Notes under the pieces: generated by a model
Told to the model about the DNA's origin: nothing
The model's database searches: none
The model's input: only the letters and a program-made list of their open reading frames with translations
Program-made: the position numbers and the translations under genes
Part shown: positions 1 through 7,703 of the stretch, one piece after another
Layout of the letters: the number at the start of each line of letters is the position of its first letter
Position numbering within the stretch: the first letter of the stretch is position 1
From: a bacterium
GTDB lineage: Bacteria > Patescibacteriota > WWE3 > 2-01-FULL-39-13 > JAACPI01
DNA length: 61,090 bases
Assembly: GCA_009995545.1 (NCBI GenBank)
Contig: JAACPI010000004.1
Location: 1-61,090 of the forward strand
Direction: 5' to 3'

Positions 1-99
1 GTTGAGCGTGGAGAGGTTAATCCTACTGCGGATATAATAGATTCAATAGCTAAAGCTTTAAAAATTAAGATTAAATTTCCTCTTGGAGATTCTAAATAA
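1..99 (+). CDS. 3' end of a window-truncated XRE-like helix-turn-helix protein
   Basis: The frame-1 translation VERGEVNPTADIIDSIAKALKIKIKFPLGDSK* resembles the last helices of Cro/XRE HTH domains (ErG..nP....l..ia.aL). The N-terminus lies outside the window. Confidence 0.35.
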   Translation, partial: VERGEVNPTADIIDSIAKALKIKIKFPLGDSK

Positions 100-556
100 G
101 ATTTTTTAAACCTAAAAACTTAAACATTTCCTTCGCATAGCTTATCCCTTCAATTCTTCTCATAATCTCAAGACTATTGCTATATGAAAGTATATTTAAG
201 CTTCCCTCCCACAAAATTTGTTTATCAATAATTGCTAACTTTCTGTGATGAAAACCTCTTAACAAGACTATGTTTATCCATAATTCCTTGCACTTTAATA
301 TTTCATTTGTTGATTGGTGCCTAAAATATTCATCATCATGATCTACTGGATCTCTTGTTATTAAATGTATTTTTATATTTTTATGTAATAAACCTTGAAA
401 GACTGGATAAAGAGTTTCCATTCTGGAAGATGTAATATATGGGCTTTCAATAACTACCTCCTTTTTGCTACAACTTAAGTCTTTCAAAAATCTTTTATAA
501 AACGTCTTTTCATTAAATAATTCTGATTTAAATGTATTATTGCGTAGACTAAACAT
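92..556 (-). CDS. Single-HKD phospholipase-D-superfamily nuclease (Nuc-like), about 154 aa
   Basis: A perfect HxKx4Dx6GSxN motif is present (HRKLAIIDKQILWEGSLN). The size matches Nuc-type homodimeric endonucleases. The internal ATG at 556 (MFSLRNN...) is a more plausible start than the track start at 652. Confidence 0.75.
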   Translation of the reverse strand: MFSLRNNTFKSELFNEKTFYKRFLKDLSCSKKEVVIESPYITSSRMETLYPVFQGLLHKNIKIHLITRDPVDHDDEYFRHQSTNEILKCKELWINIVLLRGFHHRKLAIIDKQILWEGSLNILSYSNSLEIMRRIEGISYAKEMFKFLGLKNLI

Positions 557-722
557 ATAATTAATTGATATTATCAATATAATACGTAGGTAAAGACCTT
601 GAAGGTAAGCCTTCTTGTTTATCCTTTTCCTCTTGATCAGAAGGATAAGCAAGCATTATTTTGTAAATCCAAGGGAAAAATGGTTCGAAACAAGATGCAC
701 TAGGGTCACCAAAAACAAGATC

Positions 723-1355
723 CTAATTTTTAAACCCCTTCAGTAATTCCTTAGAAGTTATAGTTTTTCCGTACATTACTGGAAAGGTGTACTTTATTAA
801 AGTTTTTTGTAAAGCTTGCCTAATTTTTACATCGGTAGTTTCTATTAGGTCTTTTAAAATAACAAAGTTATACCCCTTAGAAAAACCTCCAATAACCGAT
901 GCTAAAACACACCCATCGGTAAAAATTCCAGTAATTATAATGTACTTTATTTTTTCTTTAGCTAGTTTTTTACACAAATCTTGGTTAGTAAAAACATCGT
1001 AGGTATTTTTAGCTATTACGAAATCACTTTTTTCTACTTTTACTTCATAAAATTGTTCATCAAAACCTGTTGTGTCTTCACTATAATAAGTACATTTTGG
1101 GTCTTTATACAACTCGATTAAGTTTTTAGCTAAGTGTTTTTTATCCCAAGGAGTTATAGTTGTTACTACAACCAAACCCCCCACTTTTTTTCTATATTCT
1201 TTAATAAAGTTATTTAGTTTTGGAAGCATTGTTCTTATTTTTGAAAAATGTATCCCCCATTCTGGAGTTTCACAATCTTTATGCGCGCAAGAATTTACAG
1301 GGTCGATAACTATTAGGGCGGTGTTATCTTTAGTCATTTCTTTATATATTTTCAT
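723..1355 (-). CDS. Isochorismatase-family cysteine hydrolase (nicotinamidase-like)
   Basis: ALIVIDPVN supplies the catalytic Asp strand, AKNTYDVF the Lys, and IIITGIFTDGCVLAS the nucleophilic Cys. Confidence 0.8.
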   Translation of the reverse strand: MKIYKEMTKDNTALIVIDPVNSCAHKDCETPEWGIHFSKIRTMLPKLNNFIKEYRKKVGGLVVVTTITPWDKKHLAKNLIELYKDPKCTYYSEDTTGFDEQFYEVKVEKSDFVIAKNTYDVFTNQDLCKKLAKEKIKYIIITGIFTDGCVLASVIGGFSKGYNFVILKDLIETTDVKIRQALQKTLIKYTFPVMYGKTITSKELLKGFKN

Positions 1356-1416
1356 ACTTAAATATTATCACTCTATTCTATATCTTTTATGATTTTATCA
1401 ATTTATAATTATTTTA

Positions 1417-2190
1417 ATGCTATTTAAAGGACTAATTAACTCATTTATTGGGGTGTTTTTTGGCAATATTATCGGTTTTTTTAAGTCCCCCAAAGAGGAT
1501 AGTTCTTTAATTTGGAAAGGTGATCCCTACTATAAACAACCTGGGAAAGTAACTTTGTGGATGCCCTTAAGCTTTGGTATTGGATTTATACTTATGGGTC
1601 TGCCCTGGGTAACTTTCATACAAAGTGAGCTTATTTTTCGAGTCTTCGGTTCTGTTTTTGTAAGTATTGGGTATTTTGCACTTACTGGATTTACATTACA
1701 CCTTGCACAGCTCTATATGTACGATAATAGAATAGAGGTTAGAGCATTAAAACAGCTTATTTTAGTTATAAACTCTCAAGATATAGTCGCTCTACTAAAA
1801 GTAAAATCAAACTCACCGCAATATAATTTACTTTATAAGGTAAGGGGTAAATATAATTTATTAAGTTCTCTGGGCTTAAACTTTTATATCCCAGTAGATA
1901 TCTTAAAATCAAAGTGGGGGGTTAAAGAAATAGAGGTAGCAGATTTAGATAACGTTTGGTCTAAAAATTCAAATGCGTCTATTTTAGATAAAGCCTTGTC
2001 TTACCTGACTAGGGTTTTTAACCCATTTGTGGCCTTAGTATTCTATATAGCAATCTATGGCCCTTTTGCCAATTTTTTTACAGGATTGTTGGTTTTAGAG
2101 TCAATTTCTATCTTTTTCAGTCTTATTACGAAGTATTTTATTAACAAGTATAGCCCTAGATTAAATAAATCTTTGCTAGAGGAAATATAG
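1417..2190 (+). CDS. Hypothetical integral membrane protein
   Basis: A 257-aa ORF with several hydrophobic helices at both ends. No recognisable catalytic motif. Confidence 0.5.
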   Translation: MLFKGLINSFIGVFFGNIIGFFKSPKEDSSLIWKGDPYYKQPGKVTLWMPLSFGIGFILMGLPWVTFIQSELIFRVFGSVFVSIGYFALTGFTLHLAQLYMYDNRIEVRALKQLILVINSQDIVALLKVKSNSPQYNLLYKVRGKYNLLSSLGLNFYIPVDILKSKWGVKEIEVADLDNVWSKNSNASILDKALSYLTRVFNPFVALVFYIAIYGPFANFFTGLLVLESISIFFSLITKYFINKYSPRLNKSLLEEI

Positions 2191-2208
2191 TTAGTAAAAT
2201 TAAAATAG

Positions 2209-2262
2209 TTACTTTCTCCCCGTATTTATTTTTCTAGTAGTTTCTCGTAGGTCTATTTTTAC
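2209..2262 (-). pseudogene. Relic 3' end of a second AlkD-like DNA alkylation repair gene
   Basis: It encodes ...KIDLRETTRKINTGRK*, nearly identical to the C-terminus of the intact gene at 3357..4076 (...KIAVRETTRKINTGRK*). About 50 nt of DNA match with 3 mismatches (2211-2260 vs 3359-3408). The rest of the 63-aa track ORF has no similarity. Confidence 0.55.
2211..2260. repeat. Direct repeat copy 1 (about 50 nt, partner at 3359..3408)
   Basis: actttctccccgtatttatttttctagtagtttctcgtaggtctattttt aligns with actttcttcccgtatttatttttctagtagtttctcgtacggctattttt. Confidence 0.8.
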
Positions 2263-2343
2263 CTTCAATGAGGTGGATTCTTGTGCAGGGGATGAGCTCC
2301 TTTCCAAGTAGTGTGTTCCTAACATTAAGTATTTTTTTATTAT

Positions 2344-2352
2344 TGTTATAAT
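2344..2352 (+). promoter_or_regulatory. Extended -10 box TGTTATAAT, 6 nt upstream of ATG 2359 (leaderless-type promoter)
   Basis: The sequence reads tgttataat-atatcc-ATG. The spacing places the expected transcription start on the start codon. Confidence 0.45.
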
Positions 2353-2358
2353 ATATCC

Positions 2359-3306
2359 ATGCTTTTTTATAATGTAATAACAGAGTTGTTTGCAACACAA
2401 GTTTTGTTTGTAGTAATTATTGAGGTTGCCATCTTACTCTCCGCTACTTTTATTTTTAAACTAAAAATATCCCCAAAGATTATTTTATTTAGCATAATTG
2501 TCGCTTTTGTTCTTTCATTGTTAAGCATAGTTTTTGTGCGAGGTGACTATGGGGGAACGGCATATCACGAAAGGTTTGGGTGGCCTCTTCAATATCATAG
2601 CGTTTCAAGAAACATTGAATTGGGAACCGATATTGCAGTACCTTACCAAAAGTCTTTCGGCGTATTTAAATTTGTTGTAAATACTTTATTTTGGTCCATT
2701 TTTCCGCTTATTATATTAATATTTTTTTCTAAAAAAGATGAAAACCAAAAAAGGTCATTATTTTTAATCGTTTCATTATTAATATTTTTATCTTTTATTT
2801 TATTTTTTTCTTATTCAAACAACATTGGCGAGCAAAACAGGAGAAATGAAGGTTCTTTAAGAGAAGTATCAAGCTACGATCCGAACATTCAAATTAGTGA
2901 TAAAGCTAATGTTTGCATTTCCGTCTTTTCTGGAATGCCTGACCCATGTGTTGATTTATCAGAACAACAAACTGTTGAGCTTGTCGAAAAAATTAAATTG
3001 TTACCAAATGCAAAAAGTGATGCGTATATAAGAGATACTGGCTTAGGTTATAGGGTAATAACTGGCAATCTTGCTAATAACTTAGATTTAAGTATTGATA
3101 AATCTTTTGTAATGTTTCAAGTATTTGAAGAGTTAGTTGCTTACAATCCAAATATAAAAGCCGGGATTAGTTCAATGAGTTATACAGATGAACCAAACCC
3201 CAACTTAATTTATAGGGTTGATAAAAGCAGAGAATTAGAAAAATGGCTAGCTAGTTTAATACCTACTGATTCAGAAACACAAAAGCTTGTCGACGATCTT
3301 TTTTAA
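2359..3306 (+). CDS. Hypothetical membrane protein with a soluble C-terminal domain
   Basis: A 315-aa ORF with about 5 N-terminal hydrophobic helices followed by a polar C-terminal half. It lies between the two copies of the alkD 3'-end repeat. Confidence 0.55.
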   Translation: MLFYNVITELFATQVLFVVIIEVAILLSATFIFKLKISPKIILFSIIVAFVLSLLSIVFVRGDYGGTAYHERFGWPLQYHSVSRNIELGTDIAVPYQKSFGVFKFVVNTLFWSIFPLIILIFFSKKDENQKRSLFLIVSLLIFLSFILFFSYSNNIGEQNRRNEGSLREVSSYDPNIQISDKANVCISVFSGMPDPCVDLSEQQTVELVEKIKLLPNAKSDAYIRDTGLGYRVITGNLANNLDLSIDKSFVMFQVFEELVAYNPNIKAGISSMSYTDEPNPNLIYRVDKSRELEKWLASLIPTDSETQKLVDDLF

Positions 3307-3356
3307 AGACTGGTGAAGAGGTCAGTAATACTTTGGTTAATTCAATAGCGGGGTGT

Positions 3357-4076
3357 CTACTTTCTTCCCGTATTTATTTTTCTAGTAGTTTCTCGTACGG
3401 CTATTTTTGGTAAAGAGTCTTTATTCTCATTTAAAAACTCTTGTACCTCTTTTTTATAATTTTTAACCATTTCTCTTAAAAGCCAGGATACAGCTTTGGT
3501 TATTAAAATATCTTTTTCGCTCTGTAAGTTTTGAATATTTTTAAAAGCCATTTTTTGCAGATCTATACTTTTAGCTTGCCTAGCTGGTTTAGTTAGTAAA
3601 ACTAAACTCGCCCCTCTTTTGCTAATATTTTTATCTTTATTTAACTCGTTTAAAAGTTTTTTCCAACTCTCCCAACCATTTAAAACTACTTCTGCTGTAA
3701 AAAGTGTTTGGCAAAGTGAGTCTACTTCTGCCCAACCGGTTAAGTAACCTAACCACTCGTTAATTTTATTCGTTTTAATTTTGCCTAAATAATTTTTGTA
3801 GCAACCTATTAAGTAACTAGCTAAATACTTTTCTGTTGTCGATTTACCCTTACTGTATAAAGAATCTAATAGAGTAATAAAACCGTTAAATTCTAAATTT
3901 TTATTAGATGTATAAAAATCTTTAGCAATGTTTTTTATTTGAGGATTAGAAAGAAAGTAGATTTTTGTAGAGCTTTTACTCCCCGAGTAGCCTTGCGGTA
4001 GTTTAGAAATTATAGGGTTTTTGCTGTTTTCAAGTTCTAACTTTTCTAGTAATTGAGTGTGACATTTGTGTAACAT
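3357..4076 (-). CDS. DNA alkylation repair protein (AlkD/AlkC-like HEAT-repeat glycosylase family)
   Basis: The size and motifs are typical of the DNA_alkylation family: GWAEVDSLC, SKRGASLVLL and KAVSWLLREM. Confidence 0.7.
   Translation of the reverse strand: MLHKCHTQLLEKLELENSKNPIISKLPQGYSGSKSSTKIYFLSNPQIKNIAKDFYTSNKNLEFNGFITLLDSLYSKGKSTTEKYLASYLIGCYKNYLGKIKTNKINEWLGYLTGWAEVDSLCQTLFTAEVVLNGWESWKKLLNELNKDKNISKRGASLVLLTKPARQAKSIDLQKMAFKNIQNLQSEKDILITKAVSWLLREMVKNYKKEVQEFLNENKDSLPKIAVRETTRKINTGRK
3359..3408. repeat. Direct repeat copy 2 (partner at 2211..2260)
   Basis: See copy 1. This copy is the functional 3' end of the AlkD-like gene. Confidence 0.8.
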
Positions 4077-4117
4077 TTATATCAATTGTATTGAAAATGT
4101 GACAAATTTAAAAAGAC

Positions 4118-4546
4118 TTAAACAGTTAAAAATCTCCCTTTTGTAAATGGGGGATAACAGATTTCATAAAAAATTAAGTCCGAGTCCTCAGCAGCCTCCC
4201 AGTGCATAATATCTCCAACTAATACTTCCATTTCAAATATTCTATTTTCATCACACACGAATTCTAGTATATCGCTACCTCTTTCAATATAAAATTTTCC
4301 TTTTCCCGCAAAAAATACTTCCACAGTCTTTTCTCCTTTGAAAACCAGTTGTCTGGGAGTAGAGTAACCTGCCTTGACTAAAACTAGTCCTAAGTCTTTC
4401 TCATTATCATTTGGGTTTTTGTATGCCCAACAATATACCCCTTCTGTAACTTCTCCTTCATCAATTATTTCTAACTCGGGTATTTCTTCTGCGATTGAGC
4501 AAATTAAACTTTCGGATTCGAATCTTTGTTCTCCTACAGTAATCAT
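4118..4546 (-). CDS. Small cupin-like beta-barrel protein
   Basis: A 142-aa protein with an alternating beta-strand pattern (VLVKAGYSTPRQLVFKGEKTVEVFFAGKGKFYIE...GDIMHWEA). No metal-ligand motif could be verified. Confidence 0.4.
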   Translation of the reverse strand: MITVGEQRFESESLICSIAEEIPELEIIDEGEVTEGVYCWAYKNPNDNEKDLGLVLVKAGYSTPRQLVFKGEKTVEVFFAGKGKFYIERGSDILEFVCDENRIFEMEVLVGDIMHWEAAEDSDLIFYEICYPPFTKGRFLTV

Positions 4547-4575
4547 AGTGAGTACTTAGGCAGGGTAAATTTTAA

Positions 4576-6390
4576 TTACTTTCTTCTGGCTTCTCTTGCC
4601 CTTTCAGCGTTGTTTAAAATTCTTTTTCTTGTTCTTAGTGACTTAGGGGTTACTTCTAAAAGTTCGTCGTTTTCTAAAAAGTTTAAACTTTGTTCTAAAT
4701 CCATAACTATTGGGGGAGTTAAAATAACTGCTTCATCTCCTCCTGCGGATCTTACATTAGTCATCTTTTTTTCTTTGGTAACATTTATATCCATATCGTC
4801 GCCTCTGGTATTTAAACCTACTATCATTCCTTCGTAAACTTCGGTACCAGAACCTATAAATAAAGCCCCTCTGTTTTGTGCATTATTTAAACCGTAAGGA
4901 TTAGCTTTTCCTTGTGAGGAAGAAACTAAAACACCATTTCTTATTTTTGGTATAGCATTTCCCAATTGCCTAAATTCTATAAAACTTGTGTTCATTACCA
5001 AGCTACCTTTTGTGGCAGTAAGCAATAAGTTCCGTAGACCTAAAGTTCCCCTTGTAGGTATTTCAAAAACTAAAACTGTAGTCATAGTGCCTTCTTCTTT
5101 TTGTAGTACTAGTAATCCTCCTCTTTTTAATATTTCTCCTGTTACACTACTTGCCGCGTTGTTAGGAACTTGTAATGAAAGCTCTTCGTAAGGCTCTTTT
5201 TTTATACCGTCCTCCTCTTTTATAATAACCTGGGGTTTCCCAACCTGCATTTCAAATCCTTCTCTTCTCATATTTTCTAAAAGTACAGATAAATGTAGTT
5301 CTCCTCTACCGGATACTAGAAATTCGCCACTTGGTCCCATTTCCATTTTTAAAGAAACATTCGTTTCTAGTTCTTTATCTAATCTTTCTTTAATATGTCT
5401 GCTTGTTACTAATTTTCCTTCTCTTCCTAAAAAGGGTGAGGTATTTGGTGAAATAGCAATTTTAATTGTAGGGTCTTGAACAATAATTCTAGGCATTGCT
5501 TCTGTAACAGAAGTATCTGAAAGAGTGTCTCCAATAGAAGCATTTTTAATACCTGTTATATAAACAATATCTCCTGTTAATCCTTCATCTATCTCTATTC
5601 TGTTTAAGCCTTGATTTGTGTATAGATTTTCTATTTTGTAGGTTTCCTTTGCTTTTTCTGTGAATAAAGTTACGTCCATACCTCTTCTAATAGATCCTGA
5701 GTGTACTCTTCCTAACGCGTATTTTCCTTTATAGTTGTCCCAGTCTAAGCTCGATATTAGCATCTGAAAAGGTTCTGCGCTTAAGTCCTCTGGACTTGGT
5801 ATGTGTTCTACCAAACCCTCAAATAGGTCGGTTAAATCCTTTTTTTCATTATAGTCTTCAGGTAAGTGCTTCCAAGCCTTACCTTCTCTTCCAATTGCAT
5901 AGTAAACTGGAAATTCCAAATCTTCTTCTTTTGTAGCTAAGTCTAAAAATAAATCGTATGTTCTGTTTAAAGCCTGTTTAGGATTACAGTCTATCTTATC
6001 GATTTTATTTATTACTAATATTATTTTTAAGCCAAGTTCTAATGCTTTTTTTAAAACATATCTAGTCTGGGGCATAGGGCCTTCTTTTGCATCTACGATA
6101 AGTAAAGCTGCATCAGCCATGTTTAGGGTTCTTTCTACTTCTCCACTAAAATCACTGTGGCCTGGGGTGTCAATAATATTAATTTTGGTATCTTTGTAGG
6201 TTATAGCTGTATTTTTAGCTAAAATAGTGATTCCTCTTTCTCGTTCTTGGTCATTAGAGTCTAAAATTAACTCCTCATTCATGTAGCTTTCATTTTCTCT
6301 AAATGAGTGGGATTGTTTTAACAATTCGTCAACTAGGCTAGTCTTTCCATGGTCAACGTGGGCTATAACTGCAATATTTTTAATATTCAT
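4576..6390 (-). CDS. typA: Translational GTPase TypA/BipA
   Basis: AHVDHGKTSLVD (G1), DTPGHSDF (G3) and NKID (G4) are present. The 604-aa length and the C-terminal BipA-specific domain also fit. Confidence 0.95.
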   Translation of the reverse strand: MNIKNIAVIAHVDHGKTSLVDELLKQSHSFRENESYMNEELILDSNDQERERGITILAKNTAITYKDTKINIIDTPGHSDFSGEVERTLNMADAALLIVDAKEGPMPQTRYVLKKALELGLKIILVINKIDKIDCNPKQALNRTYDLFLDLATKEEDLEFPVYYAIGREGKAWKHLPEDYNEKKDLTDLFEGLVEHIPSPEDLSAEPFQMLISSLDWDNYKGKYALGRVHSGSIRRGMDVTLFTEKAKETYKIENLYTNQGLNRIEIDEGLTGDIVYITGIKNASIGDTLSDTSVTEAMPRIIVQDPTIKIAISPNTSPFLGREGKLVTSRHIKERLDKELETNVSLKMEMGPSGEFLVSGRGELHLSVLLENMRREGFEMQVGKPQVIIKEEDGIKKEPYEELSLQVPNNAASSVTGEILKRGGLLVLQKEEGTMTTVLVFEIPTRGTLGLRNLLLTATKGSLVMNTSFIEFRQLGNAIPKIRNGVLVSSSQGKANPYGLNNAQNRGALFIGSGTEVYEGMIVGLNTRGDDMDINVTKEKKMTNVRSAGGDEAVILTPPIVMDLEQSLNFLENDELLEVTPKSLRTRKRILNNAERAREARRK

Positions 6391-6772
6391 ATAAATGTTG
6401 TTTACTAAAATAAAAGGAGAATGTGGAATTCTAGCGTAGATATGTTACTAGTAAGGCTTTAAATAGTCAATAAAGGAGTTAAATTGTAGGCATACTTTTT
6501 TTATGAGTTTGTAAAAAAGTAGCCTATAAACTCCCGGGTAGTGTAGTATAGTAAATGTAGTTTTCTGGTACTTTTTTTGTTTGTTTTCGCTCGGCATTTA
6601 ATTTTTCTATAAGTTATTTAGCCCCATAAAGGGCTATACTAAAGGATGATACATACTAAATACTCAGATTGTAATTTAGATTATAATAAGGTAAGATTTA
6701 TGTCCGTATAGTAATTACTTAAACCCCCCACAAGTAGGTATCTTGAGGGTGTTTTATTCTATTTATAAAGAT

Positions 6773-7237
6773 ATGAAAGAAGATTTGATATTAACAAAAG
6801 AAGGCTTGGAAAAGCTTAAAAAAGAGCACACTGAGCTTGTTGATATAAAGAGACCTAAAAATATAGAAACTATTAGGTCAACTAGGGCTATGGGAGATTT
6901 ATCTGAAAATGGGGGCTATCACGCAGCCCGAGATGAGCAGTCTTTTATTGAAAGTCGAATCCAAGAGCTTGAGGAAATCTTTAAACGAGCTAAGGTTGCA
7001 AGTGGTACCAAAACAAAATCAGTATCCGTTGGTTCTAAGGTCGTCCTAGAAAGTTATCAAAATAAAGATAAAGTTATCTACGAATTAGTGGGTGCTACCG
7101 AAGCGGATCCTGTGAATAATAAAATATCTTACGAATCCCCTTTAGGTAAAGGTCTTATGGGTAAAAAGCCAGGAGATTTATTTACTATTCAGGTCCCTGT
7201 AGGAGAACTCAAGTATAAAATTTTAGAAGTAAAATAA
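6773..7237 (+). CDS. greA: Transcription elongation factor GreA
   Basis: The coiled-coil tip GDLSENGGYHAARDEQ carries both conserved acidic residues, and the C-terminal SPLGKGLMGKKPGD motif is present. ATG 6773 is preferred over the track TTG at 6743. Confidence 0.9.
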   Translation: MKEDLILTKEGLEKLKKEHTELVDIKRPKNIETIRSTRAMGDLSENGGYHAARDEQSFIESRIQELEEIFKRAKVASGTKTKSVSVGSKVVLESYQNKDKVIYELVGATEADPVNNKISYESPLGKGLMGKKPGDLFTIQVPVGELKYKILEVK

Positions 7238-7238
7238 A

Positions 7239-7703
7239 ATGTCACAGGTTAAAACCAACTATATCTCTAAGCTCCGTGCTGAAGAACTAGAACAGGAATT
7301 AAAGTTTCTTTTAGAGGTTAAACAACCGGATATAGCAAAAAAAATATTAGAAGCCCGTGAAATGGGCAACCTACAAGAGAATAGTTCCTTTGATTTATAT
7401 ATAGAAGAGCAGGAATTAGTTACTTCTAGGGTAAGAGACATTCAGAACTTACTTGCAAGTGCTAAAATAATAAAAGATACTAAATTTACAACTGTTGAGG
7501 TAGGTACTACCGTAATAGTTGAAGTTGAGGGGAGACAAGATGAATTTACTATTGTCGGAGTATCTGAAGTACAACCGACAAGTGGTAGAATATCCCACGA
7601 ATCCCCAGTAGGTAAGGCATTATTAGGCGCAGCTACAGGCCAAGAAGTATTGGTAGAAACAGAGGTTTATTCTGCCATTTACAAAATTATAAATATTAAA
7701 TAA
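7239..7703 (+). CDS. Gre-factor paralog with an altered coiled-coil tip (GNLQEN)
   Basis: It has the same two-domain architecture (SPVGKALLGAATGQ in the C-terminal domain). The first conserved acidic tip residue is Asn (MGNLQENSSFD). Confidence 0.8.
   Translation: MSQVKTNYISKLRAEELEQELKFLLEVKQPDIAKKILEAREMGNLQENSSFDLYIEEQELVTSRVRDIQNLLASAKIIKDTKFTTVEVGTTVIVEVEGRQDEFTIVGVSEVQPTSGRISHESPVGKALLGAATGQEVLVETEVYSAIYKIINIK

Noticed and set aside
787-1002. 71-aa plus-strand ORF inside the isochorismatase-family gene
   Set aside because: It is entirely antisense to a well-supported CDS, has a low-complexity hydrophobic translation, and has no start context. It is a shadow ORF.
2263-2400. Upstream part of the 63-aa minus-strand track ORF 2209..2400
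   Set aside because: Only the last 18 or so codons resemble the AlkD-like C-terminus. The remainder overlaps the promoter and start of the 2359 gene and has no similarity, so it is treated as a gene relic rather than a live gene.
4374-5191. Three plus-strand ORFs (4374..4559, 4526..4837, 4988..5191)
   Set aside because: They are antisense to the cupin-like gene and to typA. Ser/Leu-rich translations are typical of reverse-frame artefacts.
6417-6460. aaggag followed by a 13-codon ORF (MWNSSVDMLLVRL*) in the typA-greA intergenic region
   Set aside because: The SD-like string is only 1 nt from the ATG and the peptide is tiny and unremarkable. It is most likely chance.
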